48,949 bases of DNA from Saprospiraceae bacterium (lineage in GTDB: Bacteria > Bacteroidota > Bacteroidia > Chitinophagales > Saprospiraceae), in NCBI GenBank assembly GCA_049289835.1, contig JBATMM010000597.1:1-48949 (forward strand), written 5' to 3'. Under the pieces are notes generated by a model that worked only from the letters and a program-made list of their open reading frames with translations, was not told the origin of the DNA and did not search any database. Every line of letters begins with the position of its first letter. The first letter of the stretch is position 1. Below are positions 29,121 to 38,900 of this stretch, in pieces. Made by a program: the position numbers and the translations under genes.

Positions 29121-32100
29121 ATGATTCGAGTTTACTTGCTTGTTTTTTTTATTGGATTGATCAAATTCAATACTCTTTCTGCCCAGCGGTCTGGGCCTGA
29201 ATTTAAAGAGACATCTGTTCTCTCCTCTGGTATCATTCATAGAATCGCTGTTTCACAGGCTGGCATATACAAACTTGATTATGCCTTTATAAAAGACAAA
29301 CTGAAAATTGACCCCGGCACGCTAAATCCAAATCAAATAGCAATTTTTGGAAATGGAGACGGCAGAGTTCCACAATGGAATGGTGCTGATCGTATTGATG
29401 ATCTGGAACAAACTGCGATGCTGGGTGTAGGGATGGACGATGGAAAGTTTGATCAGGGAGATTATTTTTTGTGGTATGCTCAGGGACCGGATCATTGGAT
29501 ATTCGATCCATCGGGCAGGATTTACCACATGGATAAGAATATCTATGATGAGTCAAATCACTACTACGTCATCATTAATAGTGATACAAGAAATCCGATG
29601 GTTACAAGAGCAAACGGACCGGACGGCCAGTATGAATCGAAAGCATCTCTGAGCTATCAACGACTTGAAGAAGAAAAAGTTAATCTTCTTGGGCGATACA
29701 GGCCACCAGGATCGGGACAGGAATGGTATGGTGATGAATTGGCCGTCATCAATGAAGTTGATTATTCAAATGATTTTGATTTTACAAACATCATACCTGC
29801 AGATACATTTTATTATAAAATGAGGTTTGCTGCCAGGGCCGAAAATGCATCCCTTTTTTATATTAATTTTAATCAATATAAATTTAGCAAAAGTGTTGGC
29901 GGAGTAACATTGGGAAATTTTGAAGCCTCATTTGCAAATGACGCTATAATGCAGGGTGTATTCAAACCCAATGAAGCCATTAATAAAATACAAATTCAAT
30001 ATCCCGGAGCCAATGGGATTAATTCCAGGGCATGGATTGATTACATTGAGATCAACGCCTGGAAACAAAATAATTATACTTCAGGGAAATCGCTTTACGT
30101 CCAGGATCCAAGATCAAATTTTCTCGGCAATCCGAAATTCATTGTTACAGGAATGCCTTCCAATGGAATGATCTGGGATATTACAAATCCATTAAACCCG
30201 GTCATTCAGCAATTTGTAAATAATGGGACGGAGAGTTCATTTTCTTTACCGCAACTTTCAAGTACACCGAATCAATTTGTTGTCTTTGATCCTGCGAAAG
30301 ACGTATTAATTCCTGTTTATGAAAACGCCGTAAAAAATCAAAATCTACACAGTATTCAAACCGCAGATGTGGTCATCGTCTATTATGATGGTTATGAAGA
30401 TGCTGCTAAAAAATTAGCTGAACATCGCAAGACAGTCGACCATCTGGAAGTGATAGCCGTTCCTGTCAGTCAGGTTTTTGAAGAATTTAGCGGAGGCTCA
30501 AAAGATCCTTCTGCTATTCGCGATTTTGCAAGGATGATTTATAAAAGAGATGTGGCCTTTAGGTATTTATTATTATTTGGAGATGCTACGTATGACTATC
30601 TGGGCAGATTTCCTGAATTACCACGTCACAATTTTATACCGGCATTTGAGACAGAGGAATCCCTTGATCCGATACGCTCATTTCCCACGGATGATTATTT
30701 TGGACTACTCGATGATAATGAAGGAGAGGAAGGAAAGACACTTATCGGAGCTGTCGATATTGCTATAGGGAGAATTCCTGCTGATACACCTGAAGATGCT
30801 ATGGCGGTGGTCGATAAGATCATTCACTATGATACAAGTCCAAGTACGCTTAGTGATTGGAGAGAAAGAGTGGTCATGGTCGCGGATGATCAGGATAGTA
30901 ATACACATCTCAACCAGGCTGATGGTTTGGCCAATCAAAATGGCATAGCCCATCCTGAATTAAATATGAATAAAATCTATCTGGATGCATATCCTCAGGA
31001 AGCCACACCTGGTGGGGACAGATACCCAGCCGTAAATGACGCTATTGACCTTAATATGAAGAAAGGGGCACTGACTATAACGTATATGGGACATGGTGGA
31101 CAAAATGGCTGGACACAAGAACGCGTGCTCGGTATTAACCAGGCGCAGTCCTATGAAAATTTTGATAACCTTCCTGTTTTTATTACAGCTACTTGTTCTT
31201 TTGCAGGATATGATGAACCAAGTTTTACGACAGCAGGTGAGCATTTATTGTCAAATCCAAAGGGTGGAGCAGTTGCCTTAATGACTACTGTGAGAGCTGT
31301 ATATTCCGGAAGCAATGAAAGGCTAACGAAAGCGGTACTTGAACGTCTCTATAACCCTGATATTCCCGGGGAATATCCAGGTATAGGTGAGGTCTTGACA
31401 AGATCAAAAAATATTGGTGTGGATTCTCTCGACAACAACGCCAGAAAATTTACACTTCTGGGTGATCCCTCAATGAGACTTGCTATTCCGAAGTATCATA
31501 TTGTGGTTACAGAAATTGATGGGAATCCAATTAGTGGTTTACCGGATACATTAAGTGCGCTTGAAAAAGCTAATCTGTCAGGCGTGATTCTTGACGATCA
31601 GGGCCAGGTAATAAATGATTTTAATGGAGAATTATCACTTACTGTGTTTGATAAAGTGCAGGTCAGGAAAACTCTGGCAAATGATACTGAAGGGAATGAT
31701 GTGAGTTTTGTAAGAACTTTTAACACGCAGAACAGGCAACTTTTCAAGGGGAAAGCAACAGTAACTGCAGGTCACTGGACTATTGAATTTGTTTTGCCTA
31801 AGGATATTGATTTTTCATACGGACCCGGGAAATTCAGCTTTTATGCACAGAACGGGACATTGGATGCAGGAGGTTATTTTTCGACATTTATCATTGGAGG
31901 CGTTTCTTCTGAAGGATTGTCAGATGATCAACCTCCATTGGTCAAACTTTATATGAACGATGATCATTTTGTGTCAGGGGGCATCACTGATCCCAGTCCC
32001 TTTATCTATGTCGTGCTGAGTGATGATTTTGGTATTAATGTCTCAGGAACCGGAGTAGGCCATGATCTTGAAGCTGTTTTAGACGGTGACGATAAGAATA

Positions 32101-32600
32101 GCTTTATACTGAATGATTTCTATGTCGCTGCTTTGGATGACTATAAAAAGGGGATTGTACGATTTCCATTGAGTAATCTGAACCCTGGTCTTCACACGCT
32201 GAAAGTGACTGCGTGGGATCTGGCCAATAATCCTGGTGAAGCCTACATTGAATTTGTGGTCGTGGATGAAAAGGGGGCGATACTACAGAATGTCTTCAAT
32301 TATCCTAATCCTTTATATGATTTTACCCGCTTCCAGTTTGAACATAACAGGCCTGGTGTGCCAATGGACATAAGGCTCAATATCTATAGCATAATCGGCC
32401 AACCGGTGAGAATCCTGGAAATAAAGGATTTTATATCTGATGGTTACAGAGTCGACGATCTGACCTGGGACGGAACGGATGATAATGACAATCAGGTAGA
32501 TAAAGGCATCTATGTGTATAAAATAAAAGTATCATTTAACGTTAATGGGACAAAGGAAAACGCAGAAAGTACAGCCGGCAAGCTGGTGATTCTTCGTTGA
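29121..32600 (+). CDS. porU: type IX secretion system sortase PorU (C25 gingipain-like peptidase)
   Basis: 1159 aa with a signal peptide. The catalytic His lies in TYMGHGGQNGW (codon 658, nt 31092-31094). The catalytic Cys lies in FITATCSFAGYD (codon 692, nt 31194-31196). A T9SS CTD-like end is present (..GIYVYKIKV..GKLVILR). porV follows. Confidence 0.9.
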   Translation: MIRVYLLVFFIGLIKFNTLSAQRSGPEFKETSVLSSGIIHRIAVSQAGIYKLDYAFIKDKLKIDPGTLNPNQIAIFGNGDGRVPQWNGADRIDDLEQTAMLGVGMDDGKFDQGDYFLWYAQGPDHWIFDPSGRIYHMDKNIYDESNHYYVIINSDTRNPMVTRANGPDGQYESKASLSYQRLEEEKVNLLGRYRPPGSGQEWYGDELAVINEVDYSNDFDFTNIIPADTFYYKMRFAARAENASLFYINFNQYKFSKSVGGVTLGNFEASFANDAIMQGVFKPNEAINKIQIQYPGANGINSRAWIDYIEINAWKQNNYTSGKSLYVQDPRSNFLGNPKFIVTGMPSNGMIWDITNPLNPVIQQFVNNGTESSFSLPQLSSTPNQFVVFDPAKDVLIPVYENAVKNQNLHSIQTADVVIVYYDGYEDAAKKLAEHRKTVDHLEVIAVPVSQVFEEFSGGSKDPSAIRDFARMIYKRDVAFRYLLLFGDATYDYLGRFPELPRHNFIPAFETEESLDPIRSFPTDDYFGLLDDNEGEEGKTLIGAVDIAIGRIPADTPEDAMAVVDKIIHYDTSPSTLSDWRERVVMVADDQDSNTHLNQADGLANQNGIAHPELNMNKIYLDAYPQEATPGGDRYPAVNDAIDLNMKKGALTITYMGHGGQNGWTQERVLGINQAQSYENFDNLPVFITATCSFAGYDEPSFTTAGEHLLSNPKGGAVALMTTVRAVYSGSNERLTKAVLERLYNPDIPGEYPGIGEVLTRSKNIGVDSLDNNARKFTLLGDPSMRLAIPKYHIVVTEIDGNPISGLPDTLSALEKANLSGVILDDQGQVINDFNGELSLTVFDKVQVRKTLANDTEGNDVSFVRTFNTQNRQLFKGKATVTAGHWTIEFVLPKDIDFSYGPGKFSFYAQNGTLDAGGYFSTFIIGGVSSEGLSDDQPPLVKLYMNDDHFVSGGITDPSPFIYVVLSDDFGINVSGTGVGHDLEAVLDGDDKNSFILNDFYVAALDDYKKGIVRFPLSNLNPGLHTLKVTAWDLANNPGEAYIEFVVVDEKGAILQNVFNYPNPLYDFTRFQFEHNRPGVPMDIRLNIYSIIGQPVRILEIKDFISDGYRVDDLTWDGTDDNDNQVDKGIYVYKIKVSFNVNGTKENAESTAGKLVILR

Positions 32601-32650
32601 GCCTTTTAAATTATCTTTGTATTCAATTATTCAATCAAACACTCACTTTC

Positions 32651-33832
32651 ATGAAGTTCACTTCACTCCTGGTTCTTTTTCTACTCTTCACGAATGTTGG
32701 AAAAAGTACTTGTACTTTCTCTAATAAACTTGATTGTCCGAACACTATCATTTCGGCTGTTCCTTTTCTAAGAATTGTGCCTGACGCCCGTTCTGCAGCA
32801 ATGGGTGATGCTGGTATTGCTACTTCGGCCGACGCCAATTCAATACACAGCAATGCCTCCAAGCTCGCATTCATTAATTCCGACATGGGTTTGGCAGCAA
32901 GTTATTCTCCCTGGCTTCGGTCTCTAGGGCTGCAGGATGTATACATGGCTTATTTATCCGGATATAAGAAACTGGATGAATTTCAGACCATCGGTGTTTC
33001 ATTGAGGTATTTTGCTCTTGGTGATTTACAATTTACTGGTATCAATGGTGAATCTCTTGGTGTGGGCAGGCCTAACGAATTTGAAGTGGCATTAGCCTAT
33101 GCCAGAAAATTATCAGACAACTTTGCTGCAGGTATAACAGGTAAATTCATTTATTCGAATCTGGCCGGTGGACAGCAAATAGACAATATTGACATTGTAG
33201 CAGCAAAAGCCGGAGCAGTTGACATTTCATTTACGTATCAAAAAAAGATCAACGCGGGTATGTTGAGAATTGGTACAGCATTTACTAATATCGGATCAAA
33301 GATATCGTACACTAAATCTGATTTTAAAGATTTTCTTCCGGGAAATTTTGGCATAGGGGGAGCTTTAGAACTTGATCTGGATGATTATAACCAACTGACA
33401 TTTACGGTTGACGTAAACAAATTACTTGTTCCTACCCCTGTAGCTGATGACTCTCCTGATTATGACAAGAATGGAAATGGTTTTCCTGACTACCGTGAGA
33501 AAGCATTATTTGAAGGTGTCTTCGGATCTTTTGGTGATGCACCAGGCGGATTCAAAGAAGAGTTACGAGAGTTAATGTATTCTATGGGAGTTGAATATTG
33601 GTACAATAAGCAATTTGCATTCAGAGCCGGATATTATTATGAGCATCCAACAAAAGGCAACAGGCAATTTTTGACTGCAGGGTTAGGATTAAAATATAAT
33701 GTATTCGGATTGAATGTTTCATATCTCGTTCCTACATCTAATCAACGAAGTCCACTTGATAACACGCTTCGTTTCACACTTGTTTTTCATCTTGATAAAA
33801 CAGCTGACGCGGTTCCCGAACCAACTAACTAA
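32651..33832 (+). CDS. porV: type IX secretion system outer-membrane shuttle protein PorV (LptO)
   Basis: Signal peptide MKFTSLLVLFLLF.., then the PorV signature PNTIISAVPFLRIVPDARSAAMGDAGIATSADANS. A beta-barrel follows to the end. The start is set at ATG 32651. The track TTG at 32597 overlaps the porU stop. Confidence 0.92.
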   Translation: MKFTSLLVLFLLFTNVGKSTCTFSNKLDCPNTIISAVPFLRIVPDARSAAMGDAGIATSADANSIHSNASKLAFINSDMGLAASYSPWLRSLGLQDVYMAYLSGYKKLDEFQTIGVSLRYFALGDLQFTGINGESLGVGRPNEFEVALAYARKLSDNFAAGITGKFIYSNLAGGQQIDNIDIVAAKAGAVDISFTYQKKINAGMLRIGTAFTNIGSKISYTKSDFKDFLPGNFGIGGALELDLDDYNQLTFTVDVNKLLVPTPVADDSPDYDKNGNGFPDYREKALFEGVFGSFGDAPGGFKEELRELMYSMGVEYWYNKQFAFRAGYYYEHPTKGNRQFLTAGLGLKYNVFGLNVSYLVPTSNQRSPLDNTLRFTLVFHLDKTADAVPEPTN

Positions 33833-33852
33833 AAGGTCTATTAAATATATAA

Positions 33853-33887
33853 AGCCGGGCAGGTTAAATCTTGTCCGGCTTTTTTTG
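33853..33887 (+). terminator. rho-independent terminator after porV
   Basis: AGCCGGGCAGG-ttaaat-CTTGTCCGGCT, an 11-bp stem that includes two G-U pairs, followed by T7. It lies 20 nt after the porV stop. Confidence 0.8.
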
Positions 33888-33896
33888 TGCACGAAG

Positions 33897-33952
33897 AATT
33901 AATTTTAAGATTAGGGACACGTCGCGACCTGTCCGTACTCTTAAAATTAATT
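33897..33952. other. 56-nt nested inverted repeat between porV and the MFS transporter gene
   Basis: The outer perfect 14-bp inverted repeat is AATTAATTTTAAGA / TCTTAAAATTAATT. It encloses GGACAcGTCGCGACcTGTCC, an inner inverted repeat around the palindrome GTCGCGAC. TTTTT follows. Confidence 0.7.
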
Positions 33953-34022
33953 TTTATCCAACGGGGAGTAGCTTTTTTTTCTTATATCTTGGATCAAATT
34001 ACACTTCTTTATTTCCCTCCTA

Positions 34023-35345
34023 ATGCAACAGAATAAACTTTTCTATTGGTCGGTGACTGTAGCTATCGCCGGATTTCTTTTTGGATTTGATACTGCCGTC
34101 ATTTCGGGTGCAGATCAGCCGATTCAGCAATTGTGGCATCTGAGCGATTTTTCGCATGGATTTTTTATTATGTCAATGGCATTATGGGGCACTGTCATCG
34201 GAGCTATGTTTGGTGGAATTCCCTGTGAGCGAATTGGGAGGAAGAAAACACTTATTTGGATCGGCCTGCTGTATATCGTATCAGCACTTGGCTCTGCTCT
34301 GGCCTGGGACCCAATTTCATTTTCTGTTTTCAGGTTTATGGGAGGGATAGGAGTAGGTGCATCGTCTGTTGCAGCGCCGACGTATATCTCTGAAATTGCA
34401 CCGGCTGCCAAAAGAGGGAGGTTAGTTGCATTGTACCAATTCAATATCGTATTTGGAATATTGATTGCGTATGTGTCTAATTATTTTTTGAGGGATATAG
34501 GGATCGATGCGTGGAGGTGGATGTTGGGTGTAGTCACCATACCATCTATTATCTATACACTTCTGGTCTTGACAGTACCCGAGAGCCCAAGATGGCTGGT
34601 CCTCCGAAAGAAAGATGATGCGAATGCAAAACGAATTCTGGAACAATTAAACCCCGGCGTTGATGCCCAGCCTGAATTAGAAGCAATTCATCAGTCTGCA
34701 TTCGAGAGTGGACAAGGTAAATTATTTACAGGGAGGTATAATAAATCCATCATGCTGGCTTTTCTGATTGCTTTTTTCAATCAACTGTCAGGAATAAATT
34801 TTATCATTTATTATGCGCCGAGGATATTGGAGAAGACTGGTCTGGGTTCCGGAGGGGCACTATTATCGAGCGCCGGGATTGGTATTGCCAATCTTGTATT
34901 CACGATGCTGGGGATGTATCTGATCGACAGAGCCGGTAGAAAAAAATTGATGCTGATAGGCTCATTAGGATATATAATATCATTAGCTATGATTTCATGG
35001 GTTTTTTACCATCAGGATTTCAATGGTATAAAAGTTCCGCTTTTTCTGTTTGTATTTATTGCATCTCATGCTATCGGGCAGGGAGCGGTCATCTGGGTAT
35101 ACATTTCAGAAGTATTCCCAAATCATATTCGTGCTTCGGGCCAATCATTAGGGACGTCTACGCATTGGGTATTTGCCGCGTTAATCACTTTATTTATGCC
35201 TTACCTGCTCAATAAATTTAGTGGTGGGCCGATATTTGCATTCTTTGCCGGGATGATGGTATTGCAATTGATTTTTGTCATTTTCATCATGCCCGAGACA
35301 AAAGGAATTTCACTTGAAGAATTGCAAAAGAAGCTGACAAAGTGA
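34023..35345 (+). CDS. MFS sugar porter family transporter (sugar:H+ symporter)
   Basis: 440 aa with 12 TM segments. Sugar-porter signatures are present: GRKKTLIW, PESPRWL, PETKGISLEE. Confidence 0.92.
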   Translation: MQQNKLFYWSVTVAIAGFLFGFDTAVISGADQPIQQLWHLSDFSHGFFIMSMALWGTVIGAMFGGIPCERIGRKKTLIWIGLLYIVSALGSALAWDPISFSVFRFMGGIGVGASSVAAPTYISEIAPAAKRGRLVALYQFNIVFGILIAYVSNYFLRDIGIDAWRWMLGVVTIPSIIYTLLVLTVPESPRWLVLRKKDDANAKRILEQLNPGVDAQPELEAIHQSAFESGQGKLFTGRYNKSIMLAFLIAFFNQLSGINFIIYYAPRILEKTGLGSGGALLSSAGIGIANLVFTMLGMYLIDRAGRKKLMLIGSLGYIISLAMISWVFYHQDFNGIKVPLFLFVFIASHAIGQGAVIWVYISEVFPNHIRASGQSLGTSTHWVFAALITLFMPYLLNKFSGGPIFAFFAGMMVLQLIFVIFIMPETKGISLEELQKKLTK

Positions 35346-35374
35346 AATAGGTAACTGAGGTATAAAAATGAAAA

Positions 35375-35786
35375 AGTGCATCTGTGATGTATAAGCCGGA
35401 TTCTGTCATTCCTGATGAATCAGAAATACCTATCATTTATCTGGGCCATAGCATTACTACTATAGCTCTATCTGCCTACCCCCTCCAACTGTTGGTACAC
35501 GCCGGCGAGCAGCCGGGCTTATCAAACACGAATGCATGACGAGATTGGAGTGTACATGGCATTTCAGCCCGCAAGGTTTATCCCATGATCCGGTCACCCG
35601 GACTATGCGTGCGCTCTTACCACACGTTTTCACCCTTATCCCACCCTTCGGTGTGACGGTATAGTTTCTGTGACACTATCTGTCCCTGCTGAAAGCAAAG
35701 CCCATCTGTTAGATGGTGCGGTACTCTACGCTGTCCGGACTTTCCTCCCTCAATAACTGAGAGCGATAGATCCATCACAGATGCCT
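35375..35786 (-). ncRNA. rnpB: RNase P RNA, bacterial type A
   Basis: The minus strand reads GGCAUCUGUGAUGG..GAGGGAGGAAAGUCCGGACAGC..GGAUAAGGGUGAAAACGUGUGGUAAGAGCGCACGC..ACAGAAUCCGGCUUAUACAUCACAGAUGC. All universally conserved blocks are present. P1 is formed by 35772-35783 pairing with 35377-35388. The ends are approximate, about +/-5 nt. Confidence 0.93.
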
Positions 35787-35922
35787 TTCCTTAACGGCTA
35801 CGAAGGGACATTCGTTCTTAGTTGTTACCGAAATCTCAATATTTATCATTTTCCGGCTTTATATTAAGTTAACCTGGTGATATCTAATAAATTACTCATT
35901 ATATATTATCTTTATGTGATAT

Positions 35923-38900
35923 ATGTGGATCAGGGACAAAGTATACTTATACTTAGCCATTACTTTATTTTGCCTGGTGAGCCTGGCAGGAATTGTTGGC
36001 TTTGATCAATTGTCCTATGATAAAGCTCATTTCGCACAACAGATTGAACAGAATATTCATGATCTTGAAGTTGCTTCATTAAACGATATAAAGGATGGAG
36101 ACTGGATCAATCAGATCCGATCTGTACAGAGCTCAGGAAAACTATTGTCTAATGACCTGATCAACCATATAGAAAAGCTGAGTCAGCAGCCTTATACGAT
36201 CTATATATATCACAAGGACAGCCTGATATTCTGGTCGAAGCCCGGGTCAATCATTGATCCTTCTCATGCTGAGTTTGCAGATATCCCCGGAGTCTTCCGG
36301 GATCACAGACAGGATTATTATATCAAGCATGTTGAAATCGCTGATCACCAGGATTTGCTTCAAGTGTATTTCAAGATTCCTATTATTCCTGAACAGGAAC
36401 AGGCGTATAGTATAAGTGTGACACCATATAAATTCGGTTATCCGTCTCCGGACAATGCAACACGTATTCGGAGTATTGATGGATCGCCAATAGCTCATGT
36501 CCAATTATTGACAAAAGAATATTCGTTTTTTCTCCAATGTTGGATTTTTATTTTTTGCCTGGTTGCGGTATGGTCCATTTGTATGGCATGGATAAGCTGG
36601 ATTCAGAAGATGCAGGACCAAAAAATTTCGCATGTCAATAAGATTCTTCTCCAGATGTTGGGGGTACTCGGTGTAAGGATGGCCACATTGTTTCTTCCGT
36701 ACCATGATTTCTTTGATCAGATATCATTGTTAAGCCCTATCATTCAGAATATTACATTTCCATACTCCACTACTGATCTGTTATTAGATAGCTCTATTTT
36801 TCTTTGGCTATGTACATTGGCCAGTAAAATCTATAGTCGTGATCTGCTCATCACTACATCCAATGTTCCCACGTCAAATAAAAGATGGGGTGATCGATTG
36901 ATGACGATGAGCCATTATCTGGTGGTCATCATGATGTGTGGGCTTACAGCATGGATACTACGCCAGGTAGTCGGACAAAGTAATTTCAGATTGGACTTGG
37001 GCGAAATTTCTTTATTTGACGTCCATCATTTTCTGTCCATCGTGGCTTGTGGCCTGATCATCATGGGGGTATTTACGTTTTCATTTCAAATCGTCAACAG
37101 GGCCATATTTTATACGACGAATTTTTATGAGCGGATGATTGCACTTCTTTTTGCAGGGGTGCTTAGCCTTCCGCTTATACACCTCATTGATATTGATCTC
37201 CCGGATGTAGGGTTTTATCTCGGTGTGTTCATCCTGATGACCTTGCTGGATTTATATATCGAACAAGGGAATAAATCAGTCATCTGGGTACTCAGTTGGT
37301 TGGTGACTATTTCGTCCATGACGGCTTTGGTATTATATAAATATCAAAAAGATTTTGAAAAAATAACGAGAGCAGAGCTTATACAGGACGCACCAGATGG
37401 GTATGGGCAAAAGGAAAATTTTGAAGAAGATCTGATTGAATGGCTTCCTCATTTGCGAAATAAATACAGCATCGCATTTTATCACGATGGTCAGCTGGTA
37501 TTTAATCAACAATATGACTATGCCCTTGTGTTTTCGAAGCCTGCAAAAATGACGAAAGGTCTTTTCTGCGAAATTACAACCAGTGATGACAGAACAGACA
37601 TAGCGTTGCTGGATGAAGAAGACAATGTCATCATGATCGGCAAGAAAGTGGACGGACTCAACCAGGTCGTTTCATTATTCTCGTTGATATTTACGGTATT
37701 TAGTTTTTTACTTTTTATCCTTGCCGGGTTGAATGCATGGTTTGAATTTTTGCCGCAGAATATGGAATTGACTATATCGCCAAGGCCTTCATTGCGAAAT
37801 AAAATTCAGATTGCAATAGTGTTTATCATTATCCTCACCTTTATCATTGTTGGCTTACTGACTGTATACTATATCAGGTCCAATAGCCGTGCAGATGAGA
37901 TCAGAAGATATGATGAGCGATTACGGACGATAGCCGGATCCATTCGACAAACCATAACATCTGAAGCGACAACATGGCGAAAGGATATGAGTCAGGCTGC
38001 CAAAATCGCGGTGGCAAATAGTGCATCCAATCAGATCTATGACCCCCAGGGTAATCTCTTGCACCCACAGGATGATAAAGGAAACAGTGTAAACAATATT
38101 CCTTTCAAACTGGCATTTCTTCCAAAAATGATCCTCGATGCCGGCTCCAGAGATTATTATTTATCAGGAACTCATCTTGATGAAGATGGAGTAAGTCGTT
38201 TTGGAGATGTCGGCTATGTTTCTATTCATAAGGGGAATGGACAATCAGGTTATATTGAACTGACTGAATTATTTCCGTCCGGTAGTGAAAGCGGAGATCC
38301 CGGGACAGCATTTTTTATGACTCTTTTAAATGCGTATGTTTTTATATTTCTGATCGCTATTTGTATGGCTGTATTGATGGCAAGATCGATTACAGGACCC
38401 GTCGCACAGCTGAGTGAAAAATTGAAAAAGATCAGATTAGGTAAAAAGAATGAAACCATACAATGGTCGATTGACGATGAAGTGGGCGAATTGATTCGTG
38501 ATTATAACGGAATGGTGACGAAGTTGGATGAAAGTGCTCTCATGCTTGCACAGACTGAACGTGATACTGCCTGGAGAGAGATGGCCAAGCAAGTAGCACA
38601 TGAAATAAAGAATCCGCTGACGCCGATGAAATTGAGTATTCAGTATCTTGAAAATGCTGCTACAAAGACAGAAGAAAGTAATCTGCCCGCGATGATCAAG
38701 AGGGTGAGCAAGACATTGATCGAACAAATTGATAACCTTACACATATTGCATCCGAATTTTCAAGTTATGCGAAAATGCCACAGGCGATGAATGAAGTAT
38801 TTGTCATCAATGATGTCGTCGCTTCAGTTCATGATCTTTTTCGAAAAAGAGAAGATATGGATATTCAGTTGCAGGTACCGATCAATGATCTTTTTGTATT

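Noticed and set aside
32597-32650. TTG start of the porV track ORF, overlapping the porU stop.
   Set aside because: The first 18 codons are not signal-peptide-like. ATG 32651 begins a canonical signal peptide (MKFTSLLVLFLLF).
34124-35215. Five 64-106 aa ORFs nested in or antisense to the MFS transporter gene.
   Set aside because: They lie inside a 12-TM sugar-porter gene with all family signatures and have no independent support.
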